Source of the DNA: Aureliella sp.
GTDB taxonomy: Bacteria; Planctomycetota; Planctomycetia; Pirellulales; Pirellulaceae
Assembly: GCA_963691875.1 (NCBI GenBank)
Contig: OY829846.1
Location: 4,224,001-4,288,000 of the forward strand
Direction: 5' to 3'
Length of the DNA stretch: 64,000 bases
Shown: positions 61,401 through 64,000 of the stretch, piece after piece
Layout: every line of letters starts with the position of its first letter
Numbering within the stretch: the first letter of the stretch is position 1
Position numbers and translations under genes: made by a program
The notes under the pieces: generated by a model
The model's input: the letters and a program-made list of their open reading frames with translations, nothing else
Databases searched by the model: none
What the model was told of the DNA's origin: nothing

Positions 61401-61686
61401 CTCAAGTGACATGAATCACTATGCACCGGATGCTGAGAATCGCCGTCGGGATCGATTGGTGCTGGATGCGTTGGCGACCGGTGACCCCCAAAAGCTGATT
61501 GACACTTGCCAAGACAATGAGATCAGCATGTGCGGCTTGGTCCCAGCTGCTTTTGTGATGGAAACGCTGAAGCAGATGCAGCAGGGCTTCGAAGTCAAAG
61601 AACTCGACTACGCGACGAGTGCGGAAGTATCGGGCGATCGCTCCAAAGTCGTCGGCTACGCCGGTTGTATGTTGTTGCCGACTTAA
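58405..61686 (+). CDS. amrS: AmmeMemoRadiSam triple fusion: radical SAM (AmrS) + AMMECR1 (AmrA) + MEMO1 (AmrB)
   Basis: DPIEKKPL and GCNLGCKFCQN (radical SAM). GAFVTV..LRGCCG and GLLLP (AMMECR1). RPPAVAGKFYP, PHAG, EHGIEVQLP, SSDMNHY, MCG and VVGYAG (MEMO). Confidence 0.92.
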   Translation: MEGGWMESYSEIKRHRFEDGAMAGGWWEPGAEGRIECHLCPRKCSLKDGDKGFCFVRENRNGQVALSTYGRSTGFCIDPIEKKPLNHFLPGTPVLSFGTAGCNLGCKFCQNWDISKSRETQRLSNVAEPESVARAAQQTGCRSVAYTYNDPIIWAEYAIDTARACRQLGIKNVAVTAGYISPPARAEFFEFMDAANVDLKAFTEDFYHKITYSHLEPVLDTLEFLHRETDVWVEITNLIIPDANDNPDELRKMCDWVLGKVGDLVPVHFTAFHPDFRMLDRPRTSPDTLIVAQEIAYSAGIQYAYVGNVQDAERQSTNCHHCGQLLIARDRYELGQYNLTAEGTCRFCQTQIPGRYQASCGDWGATRQPIRIESFANPSPIVPITVAHEKEDIVSNAPESQPANPIATPVPTPTPLQLLEMDMLKEDQKQLICKAAAHWLAAAVYNQNTTEPAGFLGDLADTVVMGAFVTVKRGEILRGCCGVLGKPVPLGHALASAAAKTAKEDKRMAAISRSELPYLDIEVTLLGPFKKIEAQGAARQDHVEIGKHGLMIQQAGRNGLLLPSVAVDRKWDAFQFMQGVCNKAGLSVGAWEQPDTSVFTFDGLPIGGEFQELFEHETPANLYMPMTQEQLAEYTKVAGHNIVALVSGGTPSYVIPGLPDASVNALVLSLQWTTDGKPGEEDGKNVRQGNLVQVSYRPGVPMQNALYQMCQQAAMMFRQQQFAGQMQIGISIGIDPAMHGFGPQADLEGIDTHARGLVISDRRHCGMAFNPEQSAEELRDKLRTILPINSRDAALHSMQVMSTMPQVIAISAPVAVRSSGVRPPAVAGKFYPKEDAARRAMVGTLLKEEPAEKYSPAAIMVPHAGIKYSGQIAANTWNSVENLDERTLIVISPKHTEHGVNWAVCPFESWQLSSTTSIQSDALLAQQLSDAVTALEMDSAAHQLEHGIEVQLPILEQLAPKSKVIGLALQGGSWADISEAAGQFADFLKTQNEMPLLVISSDMNHYAPDAENRRRDRLVLDALATGDPQKLIDTCQDNEISMCGLVPAAFVMETLKQMQQGFEVKELDYATSAEVSGDRSKVVGYAGCMLLPT

Positions 61687-61979
61687 AGTAGCAATAATAA
61701 TACAAGCACGCTGTCAGGTTCTGCGATTGACTATGCAACTTTGGACATGCTGACAATTCAGTGCCGCACGAAGAGCTCCGCTACGTCGACAAGAACAGCG
61801 AGTTGCTTTTTCGCATTGCTCGTTACGTCCTGCATCGTGCTGGCAGAATCTAGGATGAAATAGCGGATGGTTGGGTTTCGAGGTTCAGTCTGTAACCAAT
61901 AATCGCATGCAGCAGATGCCTTATTCGGCTTGGCTGTAAGATTTTCCTTCCTTTTCCTTCCTCTTCCTTTCGCACAAGC

Positions 61980-62771
61980 ATGGATCCAGAACTACTCAAA
62001 GCAGTAATACTTGGGGTTATCCAAGGTCTCACTGAATTCCTACCAGTCAGCAGCAGTGGCCATCTTGAGATTGGCAAGGTTTTGCTTGGAGCGCAAGAAG
62101 CGACAATGTTGATGACGGTCGTGCTGCATGCGGCCACGGCTCTCAGCACGATTGTCGTATTTCGCGCGGATATCCTCAGCATCCTGCAAGGCCTAGTTCG
62201 GTTCAGCTGGAATGACGACTGGTCGTTCGCGGTAAAGATTGTGATTTCGATGATCCCTGCTGTCATCGTGGGTCTGACCATGGACGACTTTCTTGAAAGT
62301 TTATTCAGTGGCAACATGCTGCTTGTCGGATCGATGCTACTGCTTACCGGTGTGCTGTTGCTATTGGCAGAACGCGCGAAACAATCGGAGAAAAAGGTGG
62401 GCTTTGGCCAGGCTTTGCTGATAGGCCTGGCTCAGGCCTTCGCCATACTGCCTGGCATATCACGCTCCGGTGCTACGATATCAACTTCTGTACTACTTGG
62501 GATCGATCGCGCTGAAGCGGCGCGTTTTTCTTTCCTGATGGTCATTCCGCTGATTCTCGGCAAGATGTGTAAAGATATTTTATCTGACGAGTTTGCTACT
62601 AGCAGCTCGCAGCCTCTACTACTGCTAGTCGGATTTATTGCCGCTTTCATCACTGGTTTTTTCGCGTGTAAGTGGATGATTGCGATCGTCAAAAAGTGCC
62701 AGCTTCGGTGGTTCTCGATCTATTGCTTTACGGTCGGCGTGATCGCCATCGCTTCGACAATGCTTATCTAG
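61980..62771 (+). CDS. uppP: Undecaprenyl-diphosphate phosphatase
   Basis: QGLTEFLPVSSSGHL, PGISRSG and ARFSFL. Confidence 0.95.
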   Translation: MDPELLKAVILGVIQGLTEFLPVSSSGHLEIGKVLLGAQEATMLMTVVLHAATALSTIVVFRADILSILQGLVRFSWNDDWSFAVKIVISMIPAVIVGLTMDDFLESLFSGNMLLVGSMLLLTGVLLLLAERAKQSEKKVGFGQALLIGLAQAFAILPGISRSGATISTSVLLGIDRAEAARFSFLMVIPLILGKMCKDILSDEFATSSSQPLLLLVGFIAAFITGFFACKWMIAIVKKCQLRWFSIYCFTVGVIAIASTMLI

Positions 62772-62790
62772 TAACAGTAAGACCAACAAG

Positions 62791-63834
62791 GTGAATGAGA
62801 AGAATCCGTACTCGACAGATGCTCAGCAAGGGCTCAGTGACGGCAGTTTGGGCCCGCTGGTAACGCGCAGCGTTTTTGGCGGCGTCTTGATGGGTCTGGC
62901 GAATCTTGTGCCTGGAATCAGTGGTGGCACGATGCTGCTAGCCGCAGGTGTCTATCCCAAGTTTGTTCAAGCCGTCGCTGAGGTGACGCGTCTCAAGTTT
63001 CGCTACGCCTCGCTGGTGGTCCTCGCCTCGGTGGGAATATCGGCCATTCTAAGTATTTTGCTGCTGGCGGGCGTGCTCAAGGAATTAGTGCTGGATCATC
63101 GTTGGGTGATGTATAGCTTGTTCATAGGGCTGACCTTGGGCGGAATCCCCATCGTATGGAGGTTGGCACGACCTGCGTCGGCGGGCCTAGTCGTTTCAGC
63201 GCTGGTTGCCTTCGCTGCGATGGTGGCACTTGCAATCGCTCAGGCGATGAACATCGTGGGCAATCCATCAGGGGGAACATTGATGTTCTTCGTGGCTGGT
63301 TTAGCAGGTGCGAGCGCGATGATTTTGCCCGGGGTTTCCGGCGGTTATCTGCTGCTCTTGCTCGGCCAGTACGTGCCGATTCTGGCGTCTATCGATGCTT
63401 TCAAAGAGGCGCTCAAAGAACCAGATATTCAGGCGGCTATGGGCCCCGCGTTCTCTGTCGTTCTGCCAGTTGGGCTAGGCGTTCTAATTGGCATCGCGCT
63501 CGTCGGCAACTTGCTTGGCTGGCTATTGAAGAATCACGCCAGGGCAACTCTCGGAGCTTTGCTTGGATTGTTGATTGGATCGGCCGCAGGCTTGTGGCCT
63601 TTCCAAGTCGGCATCAAACCGCAGATCGGCGACATGATCAAAGGCCAAGCTGTCACCGCCGAGAGCATTGGTGAGATTGAAAAGGATGATTGGCCCGTAA
63701 AATATTTCGGGCCGAGTCTGCTTCAAGTCGTCGGCTCGCTGGCTCTGATCGCAATAGGTTTTGGCGTGACGACCATCGTAGCTAAGATCGGTGGTGATGA
63801 AGAAAAAGAGCAAGCACGAAGCAGAGACGAATGA
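62791..63834 (+). CDS. DUF368 family protein (undecaprenyl-phosphate translocase family)
   Basis: Twin motifs MGLANLVPGISGGT and AMILPGVSGG with multiple TM helices. Confidence 0.9.
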   Translation: MNEKNPYSTDAQQGLSDGSLGPLVTRSVFGGVLMGLANLVPGISGGTMLLAAGVYPKFVQAVAEVTRLKFRYASLVVLASVGISAILSILLLAGVLKELVLDHRWVMYSLFIGLTLGGIPIVWRLARPASAGLVVSALVAFAAMVALAIAQAMNIVGNPSGGTLMFFVAGLAGASAMILPGVSGGYLLLLLGQYVPILASIDAFKEALKEPDIQAAMGPAFSVVLPVGLGVLIGIALVGNLLGWLLKNHARATLGALLGLLIGSAAGLWPFQVGIKPQIGDMIKGQAVTAESIGEIEKDDWPVKYFGPSLLQVVGSLALIAIGFGVTTIVAKIGGDEEKEQARSRDE

Positions 63835-63961
63835 GTGCGCTTGGGCTCCTGCTGAGGTTTCAAGTGTTGCAATTGATTGTTTAACGCCCTACCGTAGGTG
63901 ACGGCTTGTTTGGGCTGCTTTGAAGCTATCTTTTGTCCAGACTTTCTCAGAAAGTTGAAGG

Positions 63962-64000
63962 TCAACTGTCGGCTTCTTCGGCTTCGAATTCATCCTCATC
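63962..64000 (-). CDS. Probable 3' end of a gene running off the window
   Basis: Reads DEDEFEAEEADS* on the minus strand. Confidence 0.4.
   Translation of the reverse strand, partial: DEDEFEAEEADS

Noticed and set aside
1..64000. Numerous 60-170 aa ORFs overlapping the called genes, and any RNA genes or transposases
   Set aside because: The short ORFs are antisense or alternate-frame shadows without motifs. No tRNA, rRNA, integrase or transposase signature was recognised.

Overview
This window is planctomycete DNA, most likely Pirellulaceae-like. The taxon call rests on the PVC-superphylum small basic signature protein, an ECF sigma/Ser-Thr kinase pair, a DUF1559 remnant and planctomycete-type REP-like elements. 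The order of content is: (1) 0.2-5.6 kb, a decaying signalling island with a Ser/Thr kinase whose C-terminal DUF1559 domain is broken and two broken ECF sigma genes; (2) 6.6-18.6 kb, a metal/zinc-homeostasis island with His/Cys-rich exported proteins, an AztD-like pseudogene, rcnA, a NatAB-like ABC exporter fused to a CPBP protease, folE2, MerC, a Fur-family regulator and three TGCA-N7-TGCA palindromes; (3) a MoxR-DUF58-BatA-vWA operon; (4) a phosphoesterase and a CDP-alcohol phosphatidyltransferase; (5) a TolC-MFP-MFP-MacB efflux operon with no ATPase; (6) GT10/GT11/GT2 glycosyltransferases; (7) a Coq4-motif fusion protein and a DAACS symporter fused to a solute-binding domain; (8) an OprO/P porin cut from its signal peptide by a 10-bp duplication; (9) a two-gene locus of a tandem BMC shell protein and a non-acylating aldehyde dehydrogenase; (10) an amber-interrupted SHD1/propeller gene with a decayed paralog, an RluA-family enzyme, a triple AmmeMemoRadiSam fusion and a uppP-DUF368 pair. 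I saw no rRNA, tRNA, CRISPR array or intact transposase. All family calls come from motif recognition by eye, not from database searches.
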